Of a DNA stretch of 64,000 bases, positions 10,266 to 19,635 are shown one piece after another. Numbering within the stretch: the first letter of the stretch is position 1; every line of letters begins with the position of its first letter. Position numbers and translations under genes: made by a program. Under the pieces are notes generated by a model that was not told the DNA's origin, made no database searches, and saw nothing but the letters and a program-made list of their open reading frames with translations. The DNA comes from a virus (taxonomy: Duplodnaviria; Caudoviricetes): the IMG/VR virus record IMGVR_UViG_3300018405_000011. One strand, given 5' to 3'.

Positions 10266-10457
10266 ATGCAACCCAGTAAGTCAGAAGCGGATTACGAGCT
10301 TATACGTAAAGGCGAATGCCCTAAGTGTCATGCTGTCGGTACCCTACAGGAAATCTCCTTAGGACATGGCGGCATGATAGCCTGTACCCGCTGTAATCAG
10401 GAATGGGACCTCGTTACCCTCATGCATGGGGCTAACCCCACTAAAACTCAATCTTAG
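10266..10457 (+). CDS. Small zinc-ribbon protein
   Basis: CPKC and CTRC pairs; GAGGAG RBS. Confidence 0.6.
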   Translation: MQPSKSEADYELIRKGECPKCHAVGTLQEISLGHGGMIACTRCNQEWDLVTLMHGANPTKTQS

Positions 10458-10471
10458 AAGGGATATTAATC

Positions 10472-10771
10472 ATGGCGATTATTACAGAATGGTGGTGGCT
10501 AGCGTTACTAGTAGGGCTGCCTGCTGGCATAGCAATCAGTCTCATCAATCACCGCACCATGCGTAATTGTAAATCCCCTGTTTTTCCAGAAACGGAATTA
10601 AAGGAAATTATAGCGACCTGTCGCAGTGAAGGGAAATCCCCTAAGCAAGCCCTTTCATTAGCGAGGGTTTATCTCATCAACCATGGCCATATGGGTTCCA
10701 GTTGTGGTTTCCATTTAGAAAGGCTGGTCTCTGAAGAGTACTACGGTAAACTTCCTTTAAGTACCGGTTAA
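10472..10771 (+). CDS. Small membrane-anchored protein
   Basis: Hydrophobic N-terminus WWWLALLVGLPAGIAISLI. Confidence 0.6.
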   Translation: MAIITEWWWLALLVGLPAGIAISLINHRTMRNCKSPVFPETELKEIIATCRSEGKSPKQALSLARVYLINHGHMGSSCGFHLERLVSEEYYGKLPLSTG

Positions 10772-10861
10772 GGTACTGTGCTATTGCTCCTACTGTCCTT
10801 TACGGGGCAGTAGGAGCTTTATTTCTTTCTATCTTAATTTTTCATAGATTGGAGATAACGC

Positions 10862-11470
10862 ATGTCGTTACTACAACCAAAAATCAAACGGGTATCTGGG
10901 TACGGTAACTTAGACGTAGAGAACCCTGACCCTCAGCGTTATATGCAATGGGCGTGTTTACTACACGCCATAGTAAAGCGAGATAAAATCCCTACGGGTG
11001 ACTTCCTAACCTACAGTGCGTTTTCACACTGGTTAGACAGTGTCGACTATAGACCGAGCCATACTCGCTTGGTTGACCTATCCCCTTTACTGGAACCTGG
11101 AAACTGTCTAGGTACAGAGCACTATGTTTGTTTACCTGTAGACGAAGCTTATCAGGTTCGAATTACAGTTAAGCAGAGTAAGGCAGGGTTACCTCGATGG
11201 GTACGTCGGTCTAACAGTCACCGTACCGCTTATGCGTTTACTATTACTCAGTATTTGAAAACGGGTAATCGTGTTATACGTGGTACTCGTAATACTCCCT
11301 TAGAAGCTCACAATGAAGCTCTAAGGGTTTTTATTGGTAATCTTAAACGTATCTACCAGGGTAATTCTAATTCGTTAAATAGAGCTGTTTTAGAGCGTTC
11401 TATTGAAGTACTAGAATCTCGTTATAAAAGTAATCTTACTCTTATTGAGAATAAGGTATTTTTTATTTAA
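10862..11470 (+). CDS. Degenerate homing-endonuclease-like protein
   Basis: VSGYGNLD...YMQWACLL...FLTYSAFSHWL resembles the VxGxGIND...YxxW..ML...FSxF..W family of phage endonucleases. Confidence 0.45.
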   Translation: MSLLQPKIKRVSGYGNLDVENPDPQRYMQWACLLHAIVKRDKIPTGDFLTYSAFSHWLDSVDYRPSHTRLVDLSPLLEPGNCLGTEHYVCLPVDEAYQVRITVKQSKAGLPRWVRRSNSHRTAYAFTITQYLKTGNRVIRGTRNTPLEAHNEALRVFIGNLKRIYQGNSNSLNRAVLERSIEVLESRYKSNLTLIENKVFFI

Positions 11471-11797
11471 CTTTACTTGCCTAATATTTTGAGGGGGGTA
11501 CCGAGCAGAGCGAGGTGGGGGGAGATACCCCCCTCTATCTAATATTAGAAATAGTATTATGAAACTGTGAGTACTCAATACTCACAGAGGAGATCATGAA
11601 CACTGTGTACTGATAGACAGTACACACATGAGAGACATTTAAGCCCTACTATCGTACTATAACCTGATGATTCTATCTACTCTCCTAGAAAGAGAGTAGA
11701 TAGGGTTATAGACTGTATTTAGGGATATTATGATTTATCTGTTTACTTTGAGTAAACAGAGTAGTAAGTACTGAATACTTAGAAAAGGAGAAAAGAG

Positions 11798-12391
11798 ATG
11801 AGTCGATTAGTATGTGGATTGGGTATCAATGACATAGAGAACCCTGTCGTGATTAAAGACAATGGTCTGATTGTCTATCGATGTCCATTCTACGCCAGAT
11901 GGCACCATATGTTAAGTTTGGCTAAAAAGCGTGGCTATGACGTGTGTCCTGAGTTTCTTAAGTTTAGTGGATATAAGGCCTTTTTAAAGCGCAGTGGGTA
12001 TACTGACGGTAAACTCGTCCTGTTACTGCCGGCTTATCTAAGCACCTCAGTCATTGACCCTACCTCCGTTGCCGTATTAGACGCTCACCAGGTTCGCTAC
12101 ATTACGAATATCCGTTGGAGTCGTAAAGCCCTACCTTGGGTAACAGCACGTAACAGAGGCTACGTAGGTGACTTAACCCTACACTATCCAGTCACGCATC
12201 GTGCTACCCATCGTGGGGATAACGAGCTGGATATTCATCTACGATGCTTAGCGGATAAGATTAAAGACTTAACTCACTTAGCTGAGGAGTATCGTACTAA
12301 CCCATGGACCTTTCACAGCTTACGTCGGCTAGTTTCCCATATGGAGAATTCCTTTAAGGAATGTCTCCCTTATGCCCCTGACCCATTTTAA
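11798..12391 (+). CDS. Degenerate homing-endonuclease-like protein
   Basis: LVCGLGIND...CPFYARWHHML...VCPEFLKFSGYKAFL; the downstream catalytic segment is not recognisable. Confidence 0.55.
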   Translation: MSRLVCGLGINDIENPVVIKDNGLIVYRCPFYARWHHMLSLAKKRGYDVCPEFLKFSGYKAFLKRSGYTDGKLVLLLPAYLSTSVIDPTSVAVLDAHQVRYITNIRWSRKALPWVTARNRGYVGDLTLHYPVTHRATHRGDNELDIHLRCLADKIKDLTHLAEEYRTNPWTFHSLRRLVSHMENSFKECLPYAPDPF

Positions 12392-12657
12392 TCAATTCTC
12401 CCTCTTTACGGAGGGAGTTTCCTATTTCTTTTTTTGTAATTATTATTTACAGACTCGTGTTATATAGGTAGTGGATAACCGACATTTGCCTCCAGCAAAT
12501 GGGTAGGGGATTATGATCTTAAAAGAATCTAGAAAGATCTTGTAAATAGATCGTGAAAATTAACAAGGTAATCCTATGTAGGTTTTACCTAAAACAACGT
12601 CGTTATTCACTCAGCCTCAATCGACTAAGGGTATCCATTTACCCTAGGAGAATGATC

Positions 12658-13041
12658 ATGCTCACAGGAAACTACATAGAAATGTTTGAAGTATTAGGAA
12701 TTAGTCTAGGGTACCTTATCCTCATCGTGCTATTTCTGACGATTGCCGTAGGCAGCTTCATTGCTGCAGGGCCATTTAATCAAAATGCCATGGATGCCGT
12801 CAAAGAAGAAGAGATAGAGCGGTTAGCACTAATCCTCAAAACCAAACTCATCTATAGTCCTCGCTTATCTAACCCTAAGCGATGGATACAACACCGATGT
12901 TCCAAACACTGTAAGAACACTTCCCTAGAATCTAAGTTTACGTCACACGACATTGACACCATTGTCATGAAGGCACGGGTATTAGTCCATGACTATCGTC
13001 GTACCGTAGGTCGCCTAAAAGAGGAAGGTAAACTCATATAA
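12658..13041 (+). CDS. Small membrane-anchored protein
   Basis: AGGAG RBS 7 nt before the ATG at 12658; TM segment ISLGYLILIVLFLTIAVGSFIA. Confidence 0.6.
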   Translation: MLTGNYIEMFEVLGISLGYLILIVLFLTIAVGSFIAAGPFNQNAMDAVKEEEIERLALILKTKLIYSPRLSNPKRWIQHRCSKHCKNTSLESKFTSHDIDTIVMKARVLVHDYRRTVGRLKEEGKLI

Positions 13042-13059
13042 CAACTAAGTAGGCTAGCT

Positions 13060-13446
13060 ATGGACGCGGAGCGCGAACTCATCTACCAACTCCTCTCCAT
13101 TGCCGGTATTATCGCCGGTGGCATCTTTGCGATATGGAAGGGGTATTTACAAAAAAAGAATACTCGCCTGGAACTCATCACCGTCAATAAGAAACGGGAG
13201 ATTCAGAAAGAGAAAGTATTCATTGCAAAATTCATTGCCTCTATCGCCTTAATGCTGGCACGTACTGAAAATGCCCCTTTAGGAGGGCGTCATTTCTCTA
13301 GAGCAAAGGAGTTCTATCTAGAGTATGGACATCTATTAGGTCATGAGCCTAAGGTGTACCCTGGACTGTTTAAGCTTGCTAAGAAGATAGCGGTACGTGA
13401 CTTGTCTCAGGGAGTAGACCCGGAGTCTTACTACGATGAAGATTAA
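13060..13446 (+). CDS. Small membrane-anchored protein
   Basis: TM segment LLSIAGIIAGGIFAIW followed by a basic stretch. Confidence 0.6.
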   Translation: MDAERELIYQLLSIAGIIAGGIFAIWKGYLQKKNTRLELITVNKKREIQKEKVFIAKFIASIALMLARTENAPLGGRHFSRAKEFYLEYGHLLGHEPKVYPGLFKLAKKIAVRDLSQGVDPESYYDED

Positions 13447-13489
13447 CCGGGTACTATAATTAAATGTGTGAAACTGACAGTAGGGAAGG

Positions 13490-13783
13490 TTGTCAATGAT
13501 AGTACGCTTGAGTTTAGTGCTCCTTGCGTTATGGTCATTCTACAGCTTGTCTGTCTTCGTACATACGCGTGTTATTCCAGTTGATAGCCCATGGGTAGTT
13601 GCTTTAGAAAGCAATTCCCATGATAGTGCTATCATTCCAGCCGGAATAGCGCTGGAGCGACGAATTGAATCCGGGATTATCCAATCTTGTGTAGACCACA
13701 AGAAGAATGGCCCGGCATTCGTAGATGGACATAGATGTGACCATAACACACAACAATACCGGTTGGTTTGGGAAACAGGCTGA
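13490..13783 (+). CDS. Small membrane or secreted protein
   Basis: Signal/TM-like N-terminus; two Cys in the C-terminal part. Confidence 0.5.
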   Translation: MSMIVRLSLVLLALWSFYSLSVFVHTRVIPVDSPWVVALESNSHDSAIIPAGIALERRIESGIIQSCVDHKKNGPAFVDGHRCDHNTQQYRLVWETG

Positions 13784-13974
13784 ATGTATGGTTAATCTAT
13801 ACGACGCCTAAAATGGCTTAAGTCCCATATATCTTTTTGTTTATTAGACCGTCCATAGATAGGTCAGCCTTAAATGGCAAAACAAAACAGTCCGTCAATA
13901 CTGAGAGATTGATATAAGACCTCCTAGGGAGATAGCTAATGCTATCTCCCTAGGCACTCTTATCTTTTTTCTTT

Positions 13975-14751
13975 TTAATAGATACCGCCTAACATGATAC
14001 CGATATGTTCACGGCTGGCTTCAGGGTCACTGAAGATGGCGATGCGATGGAACGTGTCCTCGATGAATTCTTGATATCGCACATACGCGTCTTCCATCTG
14101 GTCTAGCCGACTCAGTAAACGGTCGTTAGGCGTACCACCAGTCGATGAACCACTGCCAATTTGAATGGATACGCGGTTGTAGACAATGGCTTCGGTCGCC
14201 ATCACGCAGAGGTTAGCAAAGTCTCTCCAGTAAGCTTTATCGACAGTAGAGAACTGCTCGTCATAGGAAAGAACGCATTTTAACCAAGCAATACCGCCTA
14301 GCGTTTCATGTACCAGTACGGTATTCGGACCGACTAATCGTACATTCGAAATTCCTGCACTTTCAAAAGGTGTAGAGGACGCCAACATGGCATTCGCGGC
14401 ATTAGTTAATGGGTCTGACCCAGTATCGAAGTTATTCCTACGTGCCCCGTACTCGATGGCCATTACTCTGGAGATTTCGCGTCCTTGAGTCATAGAGGTA
14501 GGTATGCGGTAGATGTAGGCGCCTTCAGCAACAGTCGGTGTTAGTCCAGACAAATCAATGTTCGTGTGTTGACCACCGATGGTGTTAAGGTCTGGTAATA
14601 CAAACTGGTCAATGACTTCACTCTTAATGAGCCATTCCAAAGAAGTCGTGTTATGTCGTTGATAGAGGGAATGTTGTTTAAAGGCCATATTAAGTAAATC
14701 GTAAGGAATACGGTTTCTAATATGGGATATGACGTAATCGATTAATTCCAT
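13975..14751 (-). CDS. Conserved phiKZ-like protein, divergent from phuZ
   Basis: 258-aa ORF; position matches the conserved gene beside phuZ in phiKZ-like phages. Confidence 0.55.
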   Translation of the reverse strand: MELIDYVISHIRNRIPYDLLNMAFKQHSLYQRHNTTSLEWLIKSEVIDQFVLPDLNTIGGQHTNIDLSGLTPTVAEGAYIYRIPTSMTQGREISRVMAIEYGARRNNFDTGSDPLTNAANAMLASSTPFESAGISNVRLVGPNTVLVHETLGGIAWLKCVLSYDEQFSTVDKAYWRDFANLCVMATEAIVYNRVSIQIGSGSSTGGTPNDRLLSRLDQMEDAYVRYQEFIEDTFHRIAIFSDPEASREHIGIMLGGIY

Positions 14752-14844
14752 TGCTCTCGGCCCCTTTGTGGTCTTTTACGGGTGACGTGAATAGGATAGG
14801 GTATGGGCCCTAGTATACATAATGTTTAAAAGGAAAACAACACA

Positions 14845-15846
14845 ATGAAAACCAAACTAATGATTTACGGCTGTGGTGGTACAGGACTTAACCTACTGCA
14901 GGATGTGATTGACCACCCTAATCTACCGACTCAATCACCGGTAGATGCTGTACGTATTGACCTGTCTAACGCAAACGAGCGTAAGGACTGTCCTCTACCA
15001 AATTACTCTATTCCTGGTACCGGCGCTGGTAAAGACCGTGCTTTAGCACTCGAACAAACACGTCCTCACATTGACGACATCCTTAAGCAGCACTTACCTG
15101 GCACCAACAACATCGTACTGTTCAGTGCCGCAGGCGGTACGGGTTCAGTCGTTGGTCCTCTTATTATCGCTGAACTGTTACGTCGCGGACATTCTGTAAC
15201 AGCCTTTGTAGTAGGTTCTACCTTAACGGGTAAGCACTGTAAGAACACACATAAAACATTGCTTACCTTACAGCAGCAAGTACGCAACATTAAAGTGCCT
15301 TTAGCATTGGCGTATTATGAGAACGCAGAAACTGAGACTGAGACAGGTCGTAAAGGTAATCGCCCTATGGTCGATAAGACGATTGCTAACGATATTTACC
15401 GTATGTCTCTTCTTTCTTCAGAAACACATCGTGAGCTTGACCGTAACGACTTTAAGAACTTCTTAGACTATCGTAAAGTTACCGATGTACCACCACAGCT
15501 TACCGAAATTATCTTTGGTGTAGTGGGCGATGAGAACGCGAATGACTTTAGCGCATACCAAGGTTCCGTTATCAGTTCTGTCTCTGTGCTACGCTCTAAA
15601 GCCGATACGGGTCCTGACTTAGGTCAGCCTTATGGCGCCGAAGGTTACTATCAAGAAGAAGTCGTAGAAGAGTACGGTGATAAAGCCCATGGCCAATGTG
15701 CGATTCTGACAACATTGAATCTAAGCACCTATATGGATAATGTGCTGGCACGACTACAGCATTTAGAAGAAGTGGAAGAAAACCTAAAGCGCGATAACGG
15801 TTTCCGCTGTGATATTGCTTCTGATGACGATGACGTCCTACTATAA
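14845..15846 (+). CDS. phuZ: Phage tubulin PhuZ (TubZ/FtsZ family)
   Basis: GCGGTGLN, tubulin signature AAGGTGS, acidic C-terminal tail DIASDDDDVLL; 333 aa. Confidence 0.93.
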   Translation: MKTKLMIYGCGGTGLNLLQDVIDHPNLPTQSPVDAVRIDLSNANERKDCPLPNYSIPGTGAGKDRALALEQTRPHIDDILKQHLPGTNNIVLFSAAGGTGSVVGPLIIAELLRRGHSVTAFVVGSTLTGKHCKNTHKTLLTLQQQVRNIKVPLALAYYENAETETETGRKGNRPMVDKTIANDIYRMSLLSSETHRELDRNDFKNFLDYRKVTDVPPQLTEIIFGVVGDENANDFSAYQGSVISSVSVLRSKADTGPDLGQPYGAEGYYQEEVVEEYGDKAHGQCAILTTLNLSTYMDNVLARLQHLEEVEENLKRDNGFRCDIASDDDDVLL

Positions 15847-15870
15847 CCATTAAAATCCAAATAATTCTGT

Positions 15871-15882
15871 TACCTATATTAC
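15871..15882 (+). promoter_or_regulatory. Phage promoter motif embedded in an inverted repeat
   Basis: TACCTATATTAC flanked by AATAATTCTG / CAGAATTATT. Confidence 0.6.
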
Positions 15883-15901
15883 CTGGGTAGCAGAATTATT
15901 A

Positions 15902-16282
15902 ATGGAGTTTCTTATGCATACTGCATATATTCAATCTTTAACCCCTGAGCAAATACAGTTATTAAACCACGTTATACAAACCTATGACTCTTCCTTTGTG
16001 CCGTCCTCCTCGCGTCATGTATCATACCGCTTACGCATCTACGAACAAATCATTGGAACGCTATTAGCGGAACACTGGGGGGCGAGGTTTAAACCCCATC
16101 TTACCCAGAGCTATGTCCAGCTACAGCAGTATGTCAGAACCTGTACCAATAAAGAAATACTTTTAAGTGTTTTAAAACCCATTCCATTGTGGCAAGTAAC
16201 TTTCCATGTGGAGTTTATTGACCCTGTGTCGTTTATTGTCTATGAAGAAGGAGCAAGAAGGCCATGCGCCCCGATTATTTAA
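15902..16282 (+). CDS. Hypothetical protein (small-gene array)
   Basis: First of about 11 tightly overlapping ORFs; probable start 15914. Confidence 0.65.
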   Translation: MEFLMHTAYIQSLTPEQIQLLNHVIQTYDSSFVPSSSRHVSYRLRIYEQIIGTLLAEHWGARFKPHLTQSYVQLQQYVRTCTNKEILLSVLKPIPLWQVTFHVEFIDPVSFIVYEEGARRPCAPII

Positions 16283-16761
16283 AATCCATGGTACTGGATA
16301 CCTACACTCTCGCTTCTAGACTACTGTCCCATGCTGACTATATGCAACACGAACTAATGCAGCCATGGCCATTTCCTTTTAAGCCCACTATCGAAGTCTT
16401 CCAAGGAATGCTAGTAGCCCATGCTAAAGACATCGTAGAGTATAGTCTATGTGCCCACATTCGTGGACATCATGATTCTCAGCTAGAGCTATGCTGTCAA
16501 TCCCTAACGGGACGTAATAATCCAGAACAGGCTCAGTCCTTAAAGCGCTTCTATAATGAAATCGCAGGAATGGACTGGCATGAGCGAATCATTGCTTTAG
16601 TCGGTACACAAACCTACGACATCTGGAATATTGATGCGACACCCGACACAGTAGTCATCGTACATATAGGTGATTTTCGAATAATGGAGTGGGAACGAGA
16701 CCATATGGAAAACGGAGAGTATTATGCAGACCCCATTACTATTAGGAATTCACGACGTTAA
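16264..16761 (+). CDS. Hypothetical protein (small-gene array)
   Basis: AAGGAG RBS; overlaps both neighbours. Confidence 0.7.
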   Translation: MRPDYLKSMVLDTYTLASRLLSHADYMQHELMQPWPFPFKPTIEVFQGMLVAHAKDIVEYSLCAHIRGHHDSQLELCCQSLTGRNNPEQAQSLKRFYNEIAGMDWHERIIALVGTQTYDIWNIDATPDTVVIVHIGDFRIMEWERDHMENGEYYADPITIRNSRR

Positions 16762-17125
16762 GGAGTGCCTGGGTGCGACTCTAGAGACCTATGGGTTTGT
16801 GTTCCATGGGCCTCTAGAAGAAATCGTTAAGCACGAATTCGAATGTCATTTCTATGGTAAGACCTTTCGTGACCTCACGGTATCTCCGTTAGAAGAGTAC
16901 TTTGACAATAACCGTGTTCCTACCGATTACCGCCACTACATATACTCCGTGTTAGCAGAACAGTTCAGTCGCCTTATTGACCGCATTGTTGATAGCCAAG
17001 CACGTGAGTATTACCATTACCAATTAGAATGGGTAGATAACCTTACCGTCTATTTACATAGATTGGAACCTACTCTTACCGATACATCTAGTTCATCACT
17101 GGAGGGACTGTTATGCAGTTATTAG
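16724..17125 (+). CDS. Hypothetical protein (small-gene array)
   Basis: GGAG RBS; overlapping arrangement. Confidence 0.65.
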   Translation: MQTPLLLGIHDVKECLGATLETYGFVFHGPLEEIVKHEFECHFYGKTFRDLTVSPLEEYFDNNRVPTDYRHYIYSVLAEQFSRLIDRIVDSQAREYYHYQLEWVDNLTVYLHRLEPTLTDTSSSSLEGLLCSY

Positions 17126-17811
17126 TAAACCACCACGATGCAGGTAGTCCGTATTATCGTAATAAAGCACTAGCCGCGGTTGCGGCTAGTGCTTTATATT
17201 CTTTAGCACAGACTTTTCTTTGCAGAACGTATAATCGTCATCAGGACTTGAATGAAGTGAACGGCATGTTCCGTCACGCTATTTCTGCCCTATTGAACGA
17301 AACCCCGGTCGAGCACTACTACGACCCAGAACCATGTAGCTGTACCACACATTATGTCCAGTGCCCCCAATGTTTAGATAAACAAAATACATTAAGTGCG
17401 TCTGGCCTAGTATTAGATAGTCTACCCTTTGCTGATTTACATGTCCAGAACTGCGAGTGTTATGACCAAGAAAGCATTTGCCAGTCATGTCTGATGAACG
17501 AGCAATATGAACGTGAAATTGAAATGATCATTTACGAGTTGTCTAACAACATGATGATTACACGCGAAATGATAGACTTTCTAATGGCTTACCCGTCACC
17601 AAACGTTTATCTGATTGACGATAATACCATCATGTTAACTGACCAAAACTTGCCTCAGTACAGCCTGCCTGCGTATAATAACACTGCTCCTGGATTTGGA
17701 GTATTCCGTAATGCAATGGTGGGTGGTCCAGTGCAGAGCATAAAGTCCTATCTTAACGCTACACCAACACATGTCTTTTATCCTCATGCGCTAATGGATG
17801 CAGAGTTATGA
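17113..17811 (+). CDS. Hypothetical protein with two CxC-x6-CxxC motifs
   Basis: CSCTTHYVQCPQC and CECYDQESICQSC; GGAGGG RBS. Confidence 0.7.
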   Translation: MQLLVNHHDAGSPYYRNKALAAVAASALYSLAQTFLCRTYNRHQDLNEVNGMFRHAISALLNETPVEHYYDPEPCSCTTHYVQCPQCLDKQNTLSASGLVLDSLPFADLHVQNCECYDQESICQSCLMNEQYEREIEMIIYELSNNMMITREMIDFLMAYPSPNVYLIDDNTIMLTDQNLPQYSLPAYNNTAPGFGVFRNAMVGGPVQSIKSYLNATPTHVFYPHALMDAEL

Positions 17812-18149
17812 AGTTAGTCATCCATTTTAAACATATTCACCTCCTACAGGGCATTCCTGTAGGGAGTGACTTATGGGAGATGTGGAAACTGGCAATAGAG
17901 ATGCACTGCTGGAATATTCCGCATAGTGAGATACGCGCTGAGTTACAGGAATTTGAAGGGTGTTTTAATAATGGTAATGTAGACTGGAAGGTAGAATTTA
18001 CAGACATTATAGATACCATAATCCACACACTAGCATCCTCAGCTAAACAAGACCACAGCGCGCTATTATGTGAGTATGATGGTCTAACGCTGGATGACAT
18101 CGATGTGTTGGATTCGGAAAGTCTAATATTGGAGTTTAACAATGAGTAA
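17808..18149 (+). CDS. Hypothetical acidic protein (small-gene array)
   Basis: ATGA overlap with the upstream gene. Confidence 0.7.
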   Translation: MKLVIHFKHIHLLQGIPVGSDLWEMWKLAIEMHCWNIPHSEIRAELQEFEGCFNNGNVDWKVEFTDIIDTIIHTLASSAKQDHSALLCEYDGLTLDDIDVLDSESLILEFNNE

Positions 18150-18501
18150 CTTTATTGTATTGTTGCACCATGAAGACATCATGGACTACATCGAAGGCAC
18201 TGACTATACCTTTAAGCATGCCTTAGGGGTCTGGGTACGTGGTCTTATTATGGGTCGGTCAGAAATGGCCATCTTTAAAGACGTTGAGACTCTCTTTAGT
18301 GGACCAGAAGAAGAGTTTGAAGACTTCTGTGATGATGTCACTACGATTATGGCCAATATCGATGAGGGTAGTCTCAGGCGAGTTAAGTCTCTTTACTGTG
18401 CCAAGGAAGAAGAGATAGGCGCCAGTGCCTTAGCGTGCTATGTCGAGGTTAATGCTATTGACCAGCATACGCTAGGCTTTACCGTAACAGGGATAAAGTA
18501 A
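18142..18501 (+). CDS. Hypothetical acidic protein (small-gene array)
   Basis: GGAG RBS; 8-nt overlap with the upstream gene. Confidence 0.7.
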   Translation: MSNFIVLLHHEDIMDYIEGTDYTFKHALGVWVRGLIMGRSEMAIFKDVETLFSGPEEEFEDFCDDVTTIMANIDEGSLRRVKSLYCAKEEEIGASALACYVEVNAIDQHTLGFTVTGIK

Positions 18502-18858
18502 ATGTCTAAATACTTACACCGAGTCGTGGCCCCGTCTAATGGCGTACTAGAGCAAATCCTAGGAAGGTTCTGCAGTAGTAATGTTCCACCGGACGATTTT
18601 GAGACTCGTCTCAGGGATGTTCTTAGCTTTACCTACTCTACAGTTCGTGGAATAGAATGCGAACCGTTCCCTTTCGAAACCCTAGAAGGAGATAAAATCG
18701 TTAAGGCAAGACTTCAGCTATTTAAGCAAATCATAAGTAGCCTTAGTGAGGCTGCCCTAGTCGAACTGAGGTATGACTCTTCTGTGGGTAATGACCTCAT
18801 CTTTTTAACGGTGACCTATGAGCCAAAACCCAACATCCCCAACCCCCACTATCGGTAA
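18502..18858 (+). CDS. Hypothetical protein (small-gene array)
   Basis: Abuts the upstream stop codon. Confidence 0.65.
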   Translation: MSKYLHRVVAPSNGVLEQILGRFCSSNVPPDDFETRLRDVLSFTYSTVRGIECEPFPFETLEGDKIVKARLQLFKQIISSLSEAALVELRYDSSVGNDLIFLTVTYEPKPNIPNPHYR

Positions 18859-19255
18859 CCTTCAGCAAATGATAATCCAGGTCATAGGGATACAGAAACT
18901 GATTAACCTTTATCCAGAGGGATTTTCAGTGATGATTAAACCTACCCTGGACTGTCTATTGCAAGGCATCCGTGATAGAGATGATATATTAGAACATCTC
19001 TACGAAGATACCTGTGAAGGGTTATTGGTCCGTGTTTGCCACTGTCACTCCATGCGCATGGACTGTGCTGACTGTGAAGACATGGCCCACGTTGATAGTC
19101 TAGCCATCGGGCTGTTAGACGCCCTTTTAGAACTACTGTTAAAATCGGACTTAGTATTGGATGAGATGGCAGTCTTTCTTTCACCGAGTCATTTCTTTGA
19201 CTACCAAGTCCGTGTATTGGACAATGATAGTCTAGTACTTGATAAGAGGCTATAA
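18818..19255 (+). CDS. Hypothetical protein with a CxC-x6-CxxC motif
   Basis: CHCHSMRMDCADC. Confidence 0.65.
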   Translation: MSQNPTSPTPTIGNLQQMIIQVIGIQKLINLYPEGFSVMIKPTLDCLLQGIRDRDDILEHLYEDTCEGLLVRVCHCHSMRMDCADCEDMAHVDSLAIGLLDALLELLLKSDLVLDEMAVFLSPSHFFDYQVRVLDNDSLVLDKRL

Positions 19256-19257
19256 CA

Positions 19258-19605
19258 ATGGAACCCTTTGAAAAGGTCTCTTTAATCATAAGAGACCCCT
19301 CTTTAAGTGAATATGTCACTAAACTCAAAGAGATACACTGGTATGACTTACCCATTGAAAACGAAGTCGACCCATTCGTGTACGCTCAAGAAATGTTCTT
19401 AAAGTTAAATAACGACATTTATGGCGCCACTCAAGGTAAGTACTGTGACCCTGAAATTGTAGATGCCTTCTTAGAGTTTAAAGCCAAACTCGAGCACTCC
19501 ATTGCATCCAATCATTACTTACCTCTCTATCGCTTAGAACACCTTACACTGGCTAGTGTAGAGTTTGTTTCCATGGACGGCGATGTTGTCGCTGTCTTTG
19601 ATTAA
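19258..19605 (+). CDS. Hypothetical protein (small-gene array)
   Basis: GAGG RBS; 115 aa. Confidence 0.65.
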   Translation: MEPFEKVSLIIRDPSLSEYVTKLKEIHWYDLPIENEVDPFVYAQEMFLKLNNDIYGATQGKYCDPEIVDAFLEFKAKLEHSIASNHYLPLYRLEHLTLASVEFVSMDGDVVAVFD

Positions 19606-19635
19606 AAGAATCTAGTAGGATTAAGGAGATTACCC

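Noticed and set aside
11481-11781. CRISPR-like or mini-array interpretation of the hairpin cluster
   Set aside because: The stems differ in sequence and there are no direct repeats with regular spacers.
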